From: Eledone cirrhosa
Taxonomy: Eukaryota
DNA: 64,000 nucleotides
Assembly (NCBI GenBank): GCA_964016885.1
Contig: OZ024740.1
Coordinates: forward strand, 355,942,001-356,006,000
Direction: 5' to 3'
Below, piece after piece: positions 1-12,562 of the stretch (position 1 is its first letter; the number at the start of each line of letters is the position of its first letter). The position numbers and the translations under genes are program-made. Under the pieces are notes generated by a model, which ran no database searches, had not been told where the DNA came from, and was given only the letters and a program-made list of their open reading frames with translations.

Positions 1-26
1 CTGCCCTCGTTAATAGTAATAACAAT

Positions 27-333
27 AATTGTTTCTACTTTTGGCACAAGGCCAGCAATTACCCAGTACATTACTGGTACTTTATTTTATCGACCCCGTA
101 AGGATGAAAGGCAAAGTTAACCTCGGCGGGATTTGAACTCAGACCGTAAAGGGACGTAACTATGCTGGAAAGCATGGCATCCGACTCTCTACTGATACTG
201 CCAATAAGTGTTTCTACTTTAGGCACAAGGCCAGCAATTACCCAGTGCATTACTGGTACTTTATTTTATCGACCCCGTAAGGATGAAAGGCAAAGTCAAC
301 CTCGGCGGGATTTGAACTCAGATACTGCCAATA
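27..333 (-). mobile_element. Two tandem tRNA-derived SINEs (Meta/MESC-like core)
   Basis: Minus strand reads TGGCAGTATCAGTAG (A-box-like)...GAGTTCAAATCCC (B-box)...GCCTTTCATCCTTACGGGGTCGATAAAATAAAGTACCAG, ending in an (ATT)n tail. The same unit recurs more than 15 times in the window. Core-domain name is from recall. Confidence 0.85.
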
Positions 334-832
334 ATAACAGTTTTTTTTATTAGCCAAAATAAAGCATGATGTTGGGATCAATAATAAGGATTTTTGTTTT
401 ACCTTTTATCATAGAATGTTAATGATGTGCCAAGAAGGACAGCTTCTAAGTGGTTGCTTAACATTTTAGAAATAACAAACAAATATCCCTTAAATCCCAC
501 TTTACTGTTTTAGAAAACGAACACATTGGATTAGGTAGATCCTGATATACTCTGCCTGAAAAAATATGGGATGGTCATGGCTAGAAAATCTTTATTCACA
601 AGCTTGCTTAATTAGGGGCTAAACAACAATACAATAATAATTGTTTCTAACAAGGCCCCAACTTTAAAGACAAAGAAGACAATAGTCCATTTAATCAAAT
701 CTTGAACTTCACTTGTACTTTATTTAATCAAACTTGGACAGAGGAAGGGCAAAGTCTTCAATAACGAGAGGGATATGTTTGGAACTCTATGGGGTCTGCA
801 CTTATGACTTAAAAATAATGGCTTCTCATTTA

Positions 833-1219
833 GAAACAAGACCAGTGGTTTGTGGGAAAGGGAAAATCAATTATAAAGATGCTAGTACTTGACTGATACT
901 TCATTTTATTGACATTGGAAGGATGAATGTCAAAGTTCACCCCAGTGGTATTTGAACTCAGACCATAAAGAACTGAAGCACATATCTTAGGGCATTTTTC
1001 CTGTAGCTCTAACAATTCTACCAATCCACTACTTTGAGATATAATTGTTTCTACTTTTGGCACAAGGACAGCAATTACCCAGTGCATTACTGGTACTTTA
1101 TTTTATCGACCTCGTATGGATGAAAGGCAAAGTTTAGCTTGGCGGGATTGGAACTCGGATCGTAAAGGGACGTAACTCTATGTTGGAAAGCATGTCTGAC
1201 CCTCTACCGATACTGCCAA
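833..1219 (-). mobile_element. Two further tandem copies of the same SINE (one old, one young)
   Basis: Same core (GGATGAAAGGCAAAGT, GATTTGAACTCAG) on the + strand; 1043-1219 is nearly identical to 27-207. Confidence 0.8.
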
Positions 1220-3757
1220 ATGATGATGATAATAATAATAATAATTCCTTTATTATCCCCTATGGTAGAAATTCTAGGACAATACAAATAAACAAGGACA
1301 TTGAAGTTTTAAATAAAATAATTAAATGGAAAAATTAGGTAACAAAGCAACAATAAATTAATAGCAACAATATTTCCAAATAGGATTGGGGTTGGATAAT
1401 AATAATAATAGTAAAAATGACAATAATAATAATGATGATGCTAAATAAATAATTAAATAAATAGATAATTTGTGCTATTTGCCACAGAGATAAGGGATGA
1501 GGCAATATTACAGGAACAATTTAAATGCCAAATAGTGTTATGTTAAAATATAGCAATAACTCTAAGAACAGTAATGATAATCGCAACAGCAATAATAATG
1601 AAAAATCAAACAGCATTTGATTGTTATGTAGAATTAAAATTTAAAATGGAATTAGAAATAATGAGAGAACTTACATGCATGTAACCCAAGTTTGACTCAT
1701 AGTTGTTTTAGAAGATGTTGCAAGTCCGATTAATACAATTATTTGTAAATTAATAACCAACTTATCTATCAGATTTATCCTTTTTTATTCCCTTTTTTAA
1801 AATTTCCATTTCATATATTGAGAAATTCTTTGATAGTCTTCATTGAAGTAATATCGTTTTATCTATGTCCAATATGATATAAGAAATTGTATACATATAT
1901 CTCTATATTCTTTTTACTTATATATAACTATATAATGTATCTCCTGATACATATGCAAGTACATATAAGTGTTTACAATCAATATATTTTTGTTTTTATA
2001 TGGAAATAATAGTTTTTGTACTATATTTTTTATGTATTGAAAAATGGCTTTTAAAACATTAAAATATTTATTTTTCTTGCTTGTATGTCGTTTTATTTTC
2101 ACTTCAGTTTATTATTTTTCTTTTAATTAAAATATCTGAATAAATAGCAGAAAATGTGACACATGTAAAGGGCTCTCTCCCATTTCTGAATGTCCCTTGT
2201 CTAAATGTTAAGACAGTTTTTGTGATGTTCTACAGAGAGCTATCAGCTGTCTGTTCACATATAAACATGGAGAGTTGGAGACAGCAATCTAAAATCTATG
2301 AGTGGCAACTGATTTATCAGTCAGCCAAGTATTTGGCGTTCGTCTATTATGAGATAAGATTTCTTGTTATATTTCAGTTAATTTACAAATGTTGCTATTG
2401 ATGTTATAGTTGCTGTTGTTACTGTTGCTACTGTTGTTTCCTTTTTAAAAATTCCAGAGAAATTGATAACGGTCAGCAAAGCGGTGACCACCCACCGATG
2501 CAGTTATTTCACCGCCACTTCTTTTACTATTATGACTACTAATATTTCTACTTCTACTGCCACTACATCTACTACTATTTCTGTTCATGTCAGTTGAGTT
2601 CTTTAAAAGTATAAGAGCACTAATAGTATTCTATTACTGTTGCTACAATTGTTGTTGTTACTGCTACAGTTGATGCAATTCTATTGTTGATATGGTTGTG
2701 GTTATTATTGCTTCTGCTGCAGCTGCAGTTGATACAGATGCTACTGCTACTGCAGAAAAATGAAGTGACTTTTTACAGCAATACTTCAGCAAATATTCCT
2801 TTCTGCTTTCTGTTTGAGTATTGGTTTGTTTTAGCAGCAACTAGCTCCGAAAACAAAGTTAGTAATTTCAAAGACAATATTTAGAAGACTTGATTTTTGT
2901 ATTAGTGCAACTTCATATGATATACTGAGTAGTTAATGGCATATCAACTTAAGATGGTATTATGACAGGACATTCAACTAATAGTTGACTGGTTACTGCT
3001 CTTTCAACAACTTAACCTTTCAATAATCCTGATCTCTTTCTTTCTTTCTTTCTTTTTTCTTTCTTTTTTTTCCTTTCTTCATTTATTTATTCATATAATT
3101 ATTTTATTGTTTTATATTGTTTATTTTTTATTTATTTCTTCAACCCTTCAATTCTTTCTTTTTCTTATAACCACCCCCTTCTTTGACACATGGACAGAAG
3201 AGTTTATCAAGTATTCTAAACTTTATTCTTCTTTTTCTAAGTTCTGCCTCAGCTAACAAAGATAGGAATTTATTGTGAATTTTAATTTGTTATCTTTCTT
3301 TCTAGCTCTCACATTCTCAACTATATCAAGAAGAAATTTTGCATCTCATATAACATGGTATGGTATGGATCCGCAACTCCTGGGGGAGTTGCAGGGGCAC
3401 TGTATTGACATACAGTATCTCTTAGGGCATTTTTTAAAACCTGACAAAGCCCAACCCTTCTTCAGGCCTGAGTATAGCAGACTTCTTCCAGAGAAGGATA
3501 GAGAGTGAGAGAAAGAAAGTGAGAAAGGGATATAGAGGAAGAATTGACCCCAGTACTAGACTGGTATTTTTTTTATCATTCCACTGAGGTCAACTTTACC
3601 TTTCATACATAGATACTACTAGCATATTCATCATATTTTGATATAAAAAAAAACAAAAAAACATATGACAACACTTTGGAAAGGTTATGCAACTTTAAGG
3701 AATTCTCATTGTGAGGAATGTGGTTAACTCATACATTCAGTCTTTGGAAGTACAATA

Positions 3758-3926
3758 ATGTTTCTACTTTAGGCACAAGGCCAGCAATTATCCCAGCAAT
3801 TATCCATAAGAATGAAAGGCAAAGTGAACATTGGTGGGATTTGAACTCAGACCATAAAGGTGCATAACTCTATGCTGTAAAGCATGGTGTCCAACGTTCT
3901 ACTGATACTGCCAATCCACTGCCCTA
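3758..3926 (-). mobile_element. SINE copy (Meta/MESC-like)
   Basis: TGTTTCTACTTTAGGCACAAGGCCAGCAATT...GATACTGCCAATCCACTGCCC matches the family. Confidence 0.8.
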
Positions 3927-3951
3927 CAATAACTTTAGGAATACAATAATA

Positions 3952-4653
3952 TTAACTCTTTTGATATCAAACTGCATGAAACGATCCCTGGTTTAATACT
4001 GCTTGTTTTAAAGTGTGTATATTTAAATTAAATATTTCCATCATAATTTTTGTTAGTTATTCTGTCTTGTTGCCGAAAAGTGTGATCAAATATCTGTACC
4101 CAGATGATACAAGTTTGGATGCCAGAGGTCTCCACTGCTACAAGTTCAACAACAAACCTATTGGAGGGCTATGTTTCACACACCAATTTAGTTATGACCA
4201 AGTTGGTTATATAACTAAATCCTGGAGTTGTGTTTGTTAGGTGCAGCCAAACACAGCCCTGCCCTAGGCTCAGAGCCCATCACCCTCTCCCCTACCCCTC
4301 CCTTTCTTCTGTGGCCCAAGAGTCATTGCTTTCCCCCACCTTTTCCTCTCATTTATAGCATTTATAGTCCTTTCCTCTACTTTCCTTTACAGCCAGATCT
4401 GCCCTTCTTAACCGCTTCCCCACTTTTCTAATTACTCAATTTTGTTTTTATCTTTATTTTTCATATTTATATAATTATCAATTGTTTTTAAGCCAACTCT
4501 ATGAGTGAAACACATGATATGTAATGTTATTTATACAACTGTGAATAAAGTAACCTATATCAACCTGTTAAAAAAAATTATTGATTATTTTAAAGATTAT
4601 TTGAAAGTCATAGGCAGTGTTATTCATCAGAAACAGGGTAATGAAAAGGTTAA
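3952..4653. mobile_element. TTAA-flanked (piggyBac-like) MITE interrupted by a ~0.5 kb unrelated insert
   Basis: Ends TTAACTCTTTT...GAAAAGGTTAA. Internal sequence is shared with copies near 6985-7206, 10340-10580, 30040-30228, 51045-51220, 53668-53901, 62121-62371 and 62431-62663. Confidence 0.6.
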
Positions 4654-4869
4654 TAAAACTAAAATAAAAAAATCCCTAAGTTCGTACTAATTGGACTTTC
4701 ATAGACAAAACAAAACAGGGTTGTTGTAACAGTTCTCAATCATCATAAAAAATAGTTTTGATGGCTGTAATTGTTAAAATTCTGGTCTGCTTATCAAATG
4801 GTCATTTGCTGAAATACTACATTAGTCATAGTGTTGTAAATATCTCTAGCCAAACCAAGACAACATTAT

Positions 4870-6040
4870 TATCTTACTACCCTACGAATTTTACGTAGCA
4901 ATGCCGGACTTATTCTCCTGGAAGCAGTCTCCTGGAAGCGGTCTACTGCAACTGGCAACAGAACAGGTGAATTCCCAGTTCTGTGACTGGACAACTGGTG
5001 TGGGCCCCGTTCATGAGGCGAGCCTTCCCACGACTCGTCTCGCTGACCGAGCTGCAGTCCTGGGTCAAGCAAAGACTGAGGAAAATGGGTGACTGGCACA
5101 TCGAATGTGCTCAGGTGCTCACAGCCCTCTGGCAGGTGGACCCGGCGATCAGTGGAGACTCCACTTCGTCATTCTATAGAGGGTTGATCCGCAGCAAGTG
5201 CGAGGACGTGCTCGGTGAAACTCTAGGCATAGAGGAAGACGAACTGGCCAGTCTGTTCGGTAGGACCTTCCGCCCGGGACCAATGGACAACTTCCAAAAG
5301 TCCCTGGCCTGGCAGTGCTACTGAGGAGCTCTACCAGTTTGAGACAAGCTCTACAGACATGGGCGCCCGGGCAGGGACCCTGCAAAAAAGATCTGTCCGA
5401 GGTGCGTGCGAGACGAAGAAACCGTCGCGCATGCATTTATACACTGCCCGGGTGTCACTATGTAGAACGACTATTGTCGCGGGTGGGACCAATCCGGTTG
5501 ACCACCGAGTCCATTGTCATGATCAAACCGCCACCCTCCTTCAAAAACGAAGGAGAGGCGGTTTTCCTTTGTGTGATAGCTATTGGCGAAAGAGGTTGTA
5601 TGGTGGACAAGGTTGAAAGGGCTGAGGTCAGACACCTTTCTCTCCGGCCAACAACTGATTCTTTTTTTCAAATACCACTTTGGAAGAAGAATCAGGATGG
5701 AGAGAGAGGTGCTGTACCCCAGCAAGTTTTATGAAAGGTGGGTGAAAGTGGCGAGAATGGCCCGAGTGAATGGGCCTTCTCTCTATATCAGCCTGTAGGT
5801 TGAGGAAAAAGAGGAGGAGAGGAAAGGAGTACAAACTCTTCGTACTCCTGGAGATGAGGGTTGCACATTTTTTTTCGGGGGTATGTGTTACCCATATGTA
5901 ATGTCTCCCCCTATTGAGGAAAATCGACTAATTTTTAAATTGCATTTGTGATAATATTTTACACGTTTTTATTGTATGTAAACTTCCCCCTTTGTATTTG
6001 TCCCCTTCTTTTTGCCCCTGTGGCTAATAAAGAAACATAT
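4870..6040 (+). mobile_element. Tx1/L1-clade LINE relic: short RT-proximal piece fused to the C-terminal zf-RVT region and 3' UTR
   Basis: GC-rich island. Frameshifted translation gives YEFYVAMPDLF..LLEAVYCNWQQN, then FQKSLAWQCY.(R)GALPV.DKL...CPRC...ETVAHAFIHC (zinc-binding motif of L1/Tx1 ORF2), with AATAAA at ~6026. Confidence 0.8.
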
Positions 6041-6099
6041 CTGTCTAGATGATAGTATATTTCATTTCAATTAACTCTTAACACCCTCTATTGCATGAA

Positions 6100-6268
6100 G
6101 AATTGGCAGTATTGGTAGAGGGTCGGACACCATGCTTTCTATCATAGTTACGTCCCTTTACAGACTGAGTTCAAATCCCACCGAGCTTAACTTTGCCTTT
6201 CATTCTTACGGGGTCGATAAAATAAAGTACCAGTAATTGTCTTGTTAATAAATGTAGAAACAATTATT
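6100..6268 (+). mobile_element. SINE copy (Meta/MESC-like)
   Basis: TTGGCAGTATTGGTAGAG...GAGTTCAAATCCC...GCCTTTCATTCTTACGGGGTCGATAAAATAAAGTACCAG on the + strand. Confidence 0.8.
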
Positions 6269-7576
6269 AACAAGACAATCTTTAAAAAAGTATAAAACGT
6301 CACTATGATTGCATTCCATTAAAATTAAAGGTTAACTCTAAGGATGCAACTTTTCACAACAATCTGCTTGCTAGTAAAGATACTATAAATATTTGAATTG
6401 ATAAATCTGTTTTTAAATATTTTCAGCTAAATCATTACAAGATGAGAAAGGAAATAGGAAGAGTACTCCAGCATGGCCTTAATCATGCTGGCTAAAACAA
6501 AAATAGCCAAAGAACTAAAAAACTGTAAAAATAATTATATAAACATCCAACAGTATACAAGCATTCAAAATTTCAAAAATGTTGCACCTATACCAGCATG
6601 GACAGAGAAAAAGAAAACAGCAAAAAAACAAAAAAACAAAAAAAGAAATACTAATAATGATAATCTTGAATAATAGTTTGTTGCATAGGCACATGACTAC
6701 ATTTTGGTGGGAGAATTTAGTCAATTAAATGTACTTTATTGGTACTTTATTTTATTGACTGTAGGAGGAAAAGGAAACTTGACCTTGGCATGATTTGAAC
6801 TTAGAATAAAAATTAAAAAAACAGTATCACAAGGCATTTTGTTTAACATTCTAATGATTCTCTCAATCCACTGCTCTTTTATGGTAATCCACCCAGAAGA
6901 AAGGAAGAAAGATCCCAAGTTAGCTTGGAAAATAAATGTAAAAGTAATGATGATGATAAAGAGTTTGATTACTTGCTTGAATCATTTTGATACCAACTTT
7001 TCCCAAACCGCCTCTGGTTTTATGAATAAGAAAACTCACCCATTTTAAAAAGTTCCTAAATCTTCCAGCATAATTTGATATAAGAACCTATTGTTATGCT
7101 ACAAATACCATCTTAACAATGAAATGATTTTAGTAAATTTTTTCAATTCTATTAATTAATTGAAATATAGTGCATTTCATTAGAAATATGGCCATGCAAT
7201 GGTTAATAGTATTTAGTTCTATGTCAAATAGTTTCTGAGTTAAATCCTATCCTATTTTATTGTTAATTTAGCTTTTCTCTTCTCCATGACATTTATCATA
7301 GCTGAGTTGATAAAATAGGTACCAATAACATACAAGTTCAAGCCAATTATTATAGCAATTCTCTTGTGTATAAAATATATTTCTTTTACTAAATCAATCA
7401 ACTTACTTAATTAATCAAACACTAAGTAAATAAATAAATAAACAGGAAAAATATTAATTATAAGTGTTTCTAGTAAGAAAATTGTTTCATTTCCCATAAA
7501 CTGGAAATTAAAGATAAAGTGCCTCTCCAAAGATTACATTTATTACCCAGCCCTCTTACTACTAATCCATGTGAGT

Positions 7577-7607
<31 letters not shown>

Positions 7608-7954
7608 GGTTAGTAAATAAAATCATCTCTTAGGAGATTTATTTTTTTCAATCAATAATCTGTTATATTATTATTGCTGCTATTTCAAATATTCCATAAT
7701 TTGTTTCAATATTATACACTTTCATTTAACCATTATTGATTTATCAGACAATGTTAAAAAACAAGGTCTGTTAATTCGAAAATTTATAATAGTTTTATTA
7801 GTGGACCGATTGTTGTGAAAATTGTAACATCATCATTATCACCATTGTAACATCATCATCATCACTATTATTATTTTCATTGCGGGGTTGATAAAATAAA
7901 GTACCAGTAATGCACTGGGATAATTGCTGTCCTTGTGCCAAAAGTAGAAACAAT

Positions 7955-8260
7955 TATTATTTTCATTATTATTTTTATTGCGCATCATTACTGCTTTACT
8001 GAGCACAGCTCTGTGCGCCTTGGCTATGAGCAGTATAGTTTTGCTGATGTTGTTTCTATTGTATTGATAGTACTTTGCGTAATATGTGTGCAGTACCTAG
8101 TAGTGCTATCTTTTGTATGCTGTATATATTTATAAGTCCTGGGGTTTTGGTTATGCATTTGTCTGTGTGTTTTTTTAATCATTCCCAGAGCACCTATTAT
8201 TATAGAGATTGTTTCAGTTTTCATTTTCCACATTCAAGTTATTTCTATCTCTAGATCTTT
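7955..8260 (-). mobile_element. 3' end of a Dong/R4-clade (REL endonuclease) LINE
   Basis: Minus translation MWKMKTETISIIIGALGMIKK then (frameshift) IQKIALLGTAHILRKVLS, the typical C-terminus of R4/Dong ORFs, followed by an (AAT)n tail. Confidence 0.75.
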
Positions 8261-8559
8261 ATATGTGGAGAGTTTTCCTATTTCCTTGGAAATTGAGCAA
8301 ATTGATTCCATGAAATATTATATCACCAATTGATGTCGTCCTCCAGGCTCTCATGAATAACAAAGCAACCATCAAACAACGCTTGAAAGCAGTTCATAAA
8401 ATTTAAATCTAAATTTAATTCCAAAGAGAAGAAACCTTTTTCTCTGAGAGTTCTTTATACGAAAGAAACAACAGCAACAAAAAAACAAAACAAAGATTAC
8501 CAGGCAACTAACTTTTTCATTACCTTCATCTTACCATCCGTTTTGCATTGTTTAGCATT

Positions 8560-8765
8560 TGGCAGATCGTAAAGGGGCGTAACTCTATGCCATAAAGAAT
8601 GTTGTTCGATGCTCTACCTATACGATCTGTGTTCAAGTCCTGTCAAGGTTAGCTTTGCCTTTCATCCTTACAAAGTCAATAAAATAAAGCACCAGTAATG
8701 CACTGGGGTCAATTTAATCGACTTACCCCTGCCCCCAAAATTGCATTATTATTATTATTATTATA
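8560..8765 (+). mobile_element. Degenerate SINE copy with (ATT)n tail
   Basis: GTTCAAGTCC...GCCTTTCATCCTTACAAAGTCAATAAAATAAAGCACCAG...(ATT)n. Confidence 0.65.
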
Positions 8766-9696
8766 AATCCTAACATATTTGCAATAATTTTATATAAAAT
8801 GTTTTGTATGTATTTGTGATGACCTTGTGGCCAATAAGGATTACTTTGTGTTTATCTAAGAAATGCTACTCCCCCTTCACTACCTTCTTTTCTTCCTCCT
8901 TTCCCTCTTCACAATTCTCCACATCATCATTCTCTTTTATATCATCATCATCAACATCATTTTAACATTTGCTTTCTTTGCCAACAAGGTTTGGATATAT
9001 TTATTTTAAAAATCAATATCATATGGCATCATCCTTAGTAAGTATTTTACAATATACCCTTGAATTATTCAGTTTACAATTCATGTTCTCTTGTGAGCTA
9101 AAAACCATACCTCTTCACTTACACTGATAAAACTTTCATAAATGTATAAACAGCACATCTCACTTCTCATCTTTAATATATTTGAAATTTACATCATCCA
9201 ATTTCTCCTTTGACCAGTGGTACATTTGCCCTCTAGCTAAAAGTCAAGAGAACACAATAAATATGATAGGTTGAATGTATTTGTCACTGATTAGTCTGTG
9301 TCATATATACTATGACACTTGACATGTCAGCCAATGGCAAAGCCTAACAAAATCAGATCAATATTTGCATCAGTAATGTATCAGTTCTGTGATGCATTCT
9401 ATTTACTGCAGTCAATAGTGAAGTTAAGTGCTATTAATCTACTGGTGACAATATAGTCGATGACATTTGGCAGGAAATATTGTTGAAGGTTTTCTATTGG
9501 CAGTATAGCCTAAACATGTCAGCTTATATGTAGGAAGAGAGAGAGAAATATGAGCAGTCATTCTTGACTTTTCATTATTGTCAAAAAATAAAGCCTGTTT
9601 TTTTAATATATGCTAATATTGCAGTAAGGTGGCAAATTGGTCGAGTTGATAGTGTGTCAGATGCAATGACTTAATAGTATTTTTTCTGATTCACTG

Positions 9697-9770
9697 GTTA
9701 GGGTTTAGGGTTAAGATTTAGGGTTTGTATTTAGGATTGAAGTTTTAGGGTTTAGAGTTTACAGTTAAGA
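9697..9770 (+). repeat. Degenerate interstitial TTAGGG/TTTAGGG-like repeat
   Basis: GGTTAGGGTTTAGGGTTAAGATTTAGGGTTTG...TTTTAGGGTTTAGAG. Confidence 0.6.
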
Positions 9771-9771
9771 A

Positions 9772-9963
9772 TAAACCTTTAGCATTTACATTACTAATAT
9801 ATTATATTTACTATTGTATTTATCTCACATAATATTGAATCTATTAGATTTTGATTTGATTTGATTTATTTTGAGAACAATACCTTAACATCAGTATGAG
9901 TGGCCAGTTACAGCCAATTTGAACAGAAAGAAGCGAGAGAATTCTGACTGGATAAAGGGTTAA
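9772..9963. mobile_element. Second TTAA-type MITE family (CCTTTAGCATTTACATTACT...AAAGGGTTAA)
   Basis: Aligns by eye with the copy at 46372-46770. Confidence 0.6.
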
Positions 9964-10930
9964 TTTCAAATTCATATTCTCCAAGATTTAAAACATGAAA
10001 ATCTAAAAATATATTCTACAAAAATGTGAAGAGCTAACAAGGCAGCCTCTACATAATTGTTCAACCTACTAGAAATAGCAGCCTAATCTCTCTCAAATTA
10101 TACCCTACTATTTATAAATGGAAGGACACATAAGGAAATTTAATGATTGTATGGTCATAGTTAATCAGGAAGAACAGCAGATGCTATAGAACTGGTACTA
10201 AACAATAAGAACAACCAAGCTATAAGTAAAAATTGTCAACTTTCTTGAAAAATACAAAAACAACTCTATGATTGTATCACATTAAAATTCAAATTTTTAC
10301 AGCTCTCCCCCACCCCTCTCTCTCTCTTTCTCTCTCACACACAGTTTTGATATCAAACCATTTGAAACTGCTTCTGATTCTCTCATAAAATGCCATTTGT
10401 TTTAAGGTATTCATATTTAAATATAAGCTTTCCGTTATGACATTATGTAAAAACCTTTTCTTAAGTTATGTTCCAAACACCAACTTAATAATGAGTATGT
10501 TACTAAATCCCTCTAAATTTTTGACTATTTTCAGAATTAACTAAAACACATAGGTAGTGCCTTTCATTGAAAAAGATTAATAATGTAAGTAAAGAGAATT
10601 GATTTCAACCCAGAAATAAGTCATTTGCATGATTTACGAGGAGCTGAGCTCTTGATGAGTAGAATCTACTATTGGAAACAAAAATAGTGGAAAAACTTGG
10701 CTTGAGAGACATGTTCAGTTCCTGAATACTTGAAATCATAATTAATGGTTCGACACAATGTTTCAGACATGGGATTATGCAACTGAGAAGTTATGATGTT
10801 CCTGCCTTTTCAAAGAACTAATCTGCTATAAATAAAATGTTACAATCAAAAATGGAAATAACACATGCACCAGATTTGCCATAAATTTGGCATCATACTA
10901 TTTTTGTGTATGATTAGTGGCTATATATAT

Positions 10931-11440
10931 ATCATCATCATCATCATCATCACCGTTTTACGTCCGTTCTTCCATGCTAGCATGGGTTAGACGGGTTGTC
11001 CTGTTGTGGGCAGTGTCCAGTCAGCTGACCTAGTCTTGCTCATACGGGAACTGATTCTGGCTTGTTTTCTACAGTTGGATGCACTTCCTAACACCAATCT
11101 CATTTACAGTGAGTGCTGGGTGCTTTTTTTCTGTGGCGCCTACACGTCCACTTTTACAGTGTGGGTTGGGTGCTTTTTTACCGAGGCACCTCCATGGCCA
11201 CTTTTCAGTGGAATAATAGGGACCCCAGTCCTATCATCTCATTTCTACAGCTGAGTAAACTGGAACAATGTGAAATAAAGTATCTTGCTCAAGGAAACAA
11301 CACATCACCCAGTCCGAATATTGAACTCACAACCTTTCGATTGCAAGTCCAATGCTCTAACCACTAAGCCATGCACCTTCATATATATAAATATAACCAC
11401 TAATCATATAGAAAATTCCGTTATAAATATACACAATATA
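10931..11440 (-). mobile_element. 5'-truncated RTE 3' UTR variant carrying a tRNA/CORE-like SINE head
   Basis: (CAT)n tail plus RTE 3' UTR, then a minus-strand tRNA-like head GCATGGCTTAGTGGTTAGAGC...GAGTTCAATATTC and CORE-like GTTTCCTTGAGCAAGATACTTTA. Same junctions at 35245-35730 and 61555-61905. Confidence 0.8.
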
Positions 11441-11448
11441 TATATGTG

Positions 11449-11497
<49 letters not shown>

Positions 11498-11975
11498 CCA
11501 CCAAAATTGCGTTATAACCATACACAATATACACACACACACTCACATATATACATATATAATATACCTATATATTCACGTGTTTTTCAATGCTTGCATT
11601 GGTTATATATACTAGCTGACGTACCCAGCTTCATCCGGGTAAACAGATGATAAGAGAAGACAGGTAAAAGAGAAAATGACTGTATTGGATGTTTGTCTGG
11701 TTACAGTATGAGGCGAGTCCGTGGTGTTTGTGTGATACCAAAAACAGTAAAAAAAATCTTCCAGATATACCAGATTCTTCGTTGTACCGTTTGTGCATAG
11801 CATATGAACAATTCTAGGTGCTCCCACCTAGAATAGTGACCTCTAGGAGATGGTTCATCTTTTGCCTGACTGTAAAACGTGAATCTTTGCATAGACGTGG
11901 TTGTTCCACGTTTCTCAAAAGGATGATGGAAGTTCCAATCTTTTATATTATATGTAGATATAGATATAGATAATT

Positions 11976-12020
11976 AATATAAAAGATGTCCGTCAATGTA
12001 AAAAAAGGTCCCAATTTACT
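11976..12020. repeat. 45-bp direct repeat, copy 1 (downstream of RepHel and the ribozyme)
   Basis: AATATAAAAGATGTCCGTCAATGTAAAAAAAGGTCCCAATTTACT; 42/45 identical to 16934-16978. Confidence 0.9.
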
Positions 12021-12133
12021 TGAAATGGTTTATACAAATGTCAAATTAATATGGATATGGATAACATGCTTATCTATAAGCGGTCAGCTATAAAACTACA
12101 AATTATATGACACAAAAATTTATTCAGTAATTT

Positions 12134-12212
12134 CCAGGCTCTTAGCCACTGAGTATTAGACAGTTAATATTGCCCAGAGTTCAACTCGAGGAGGTGGCCT
12201 GGTTTGTACTCC
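12134..12212 (-). ncRNA. HDV-like self-cleaving ribozyme (candidate)
   Basis: Minus strand GGAGUAC-AAA-CCAGGCC-ACC-UCCUCGA-GUU-GAACUCU-GG-GCAAUAUUAACUGUCUAAUACUCAGUG-GCUAAG-AGCCUGG maps element by element onto the antigenomic HDV fold (P1 with G1.U wobble, P2, P3, L3, P1.1, P4, J4/2 with catalytic C). One mismatch each in P1, P3 and the top of P2. Confidence 0.8.
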
Positions 12213-12562
12213 AAATGGCGGATCCTTCTACTTCGAAAATAGAATCCTTTTTCAATATTACTCTAGCCCTGGCCGGCCATAAGCCCCAAACGTTTTGCCA
12301 GACTCAGCATATGATGAGGTTTTATTACCACCGCTATCAGAAGCGATAAATTTGAAGGCAATTTCTACCAATACTTGTTGTTTATTATTGCTCATAACGA
12401 CAATAAATGACATTGAACAGACATGATAACTGTCAAAGCTCACAATACTGATCAAAGGACACCAATGTCTGAATCATTTACATCGAATATTCATAGCAGT
12501 GAAGGCAATTTCTACCAATAGTTGTTGGTATTTATTGCGCAACATAGCAGTGAAAGTAATTT

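Noticed and set aside
1669-1770. Minus-strand consensus splice donor (GTAAGT) after a short open stretch (..MSQTWVTC)
   Set aside because: No good acceptor, no homology clue and no partner exons; chance is likely.
9240-9530. Complex non-repetitive stretches with CCAAT/ATTTGCAT motifs (also 28250-28560 and 30800-31300) as possible enhancers
   Set aside because: Cannot be supported without cross-species conservation or chromatin data.
9697-9770. Telomere or chromosome-fusion scar
   Set aside because: Short, degenerate and single-orientation; more likely a simple repeat attached to neighbouring elements.
11300-11380. tRNA gene-like sequence (also 35600-35665 and the B-box at 55689-55702)
   Set aside because: No complete cloverleaf or terminator; these are SINE heads or fragments.
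12255-12335. Possible second HDV-like ribozyme upstream of the first (CUGGC/GCCAG stem followed by GGCUAG)
   Set aside because: No complementary P2 or convincing P1/P3 could be built by eye.
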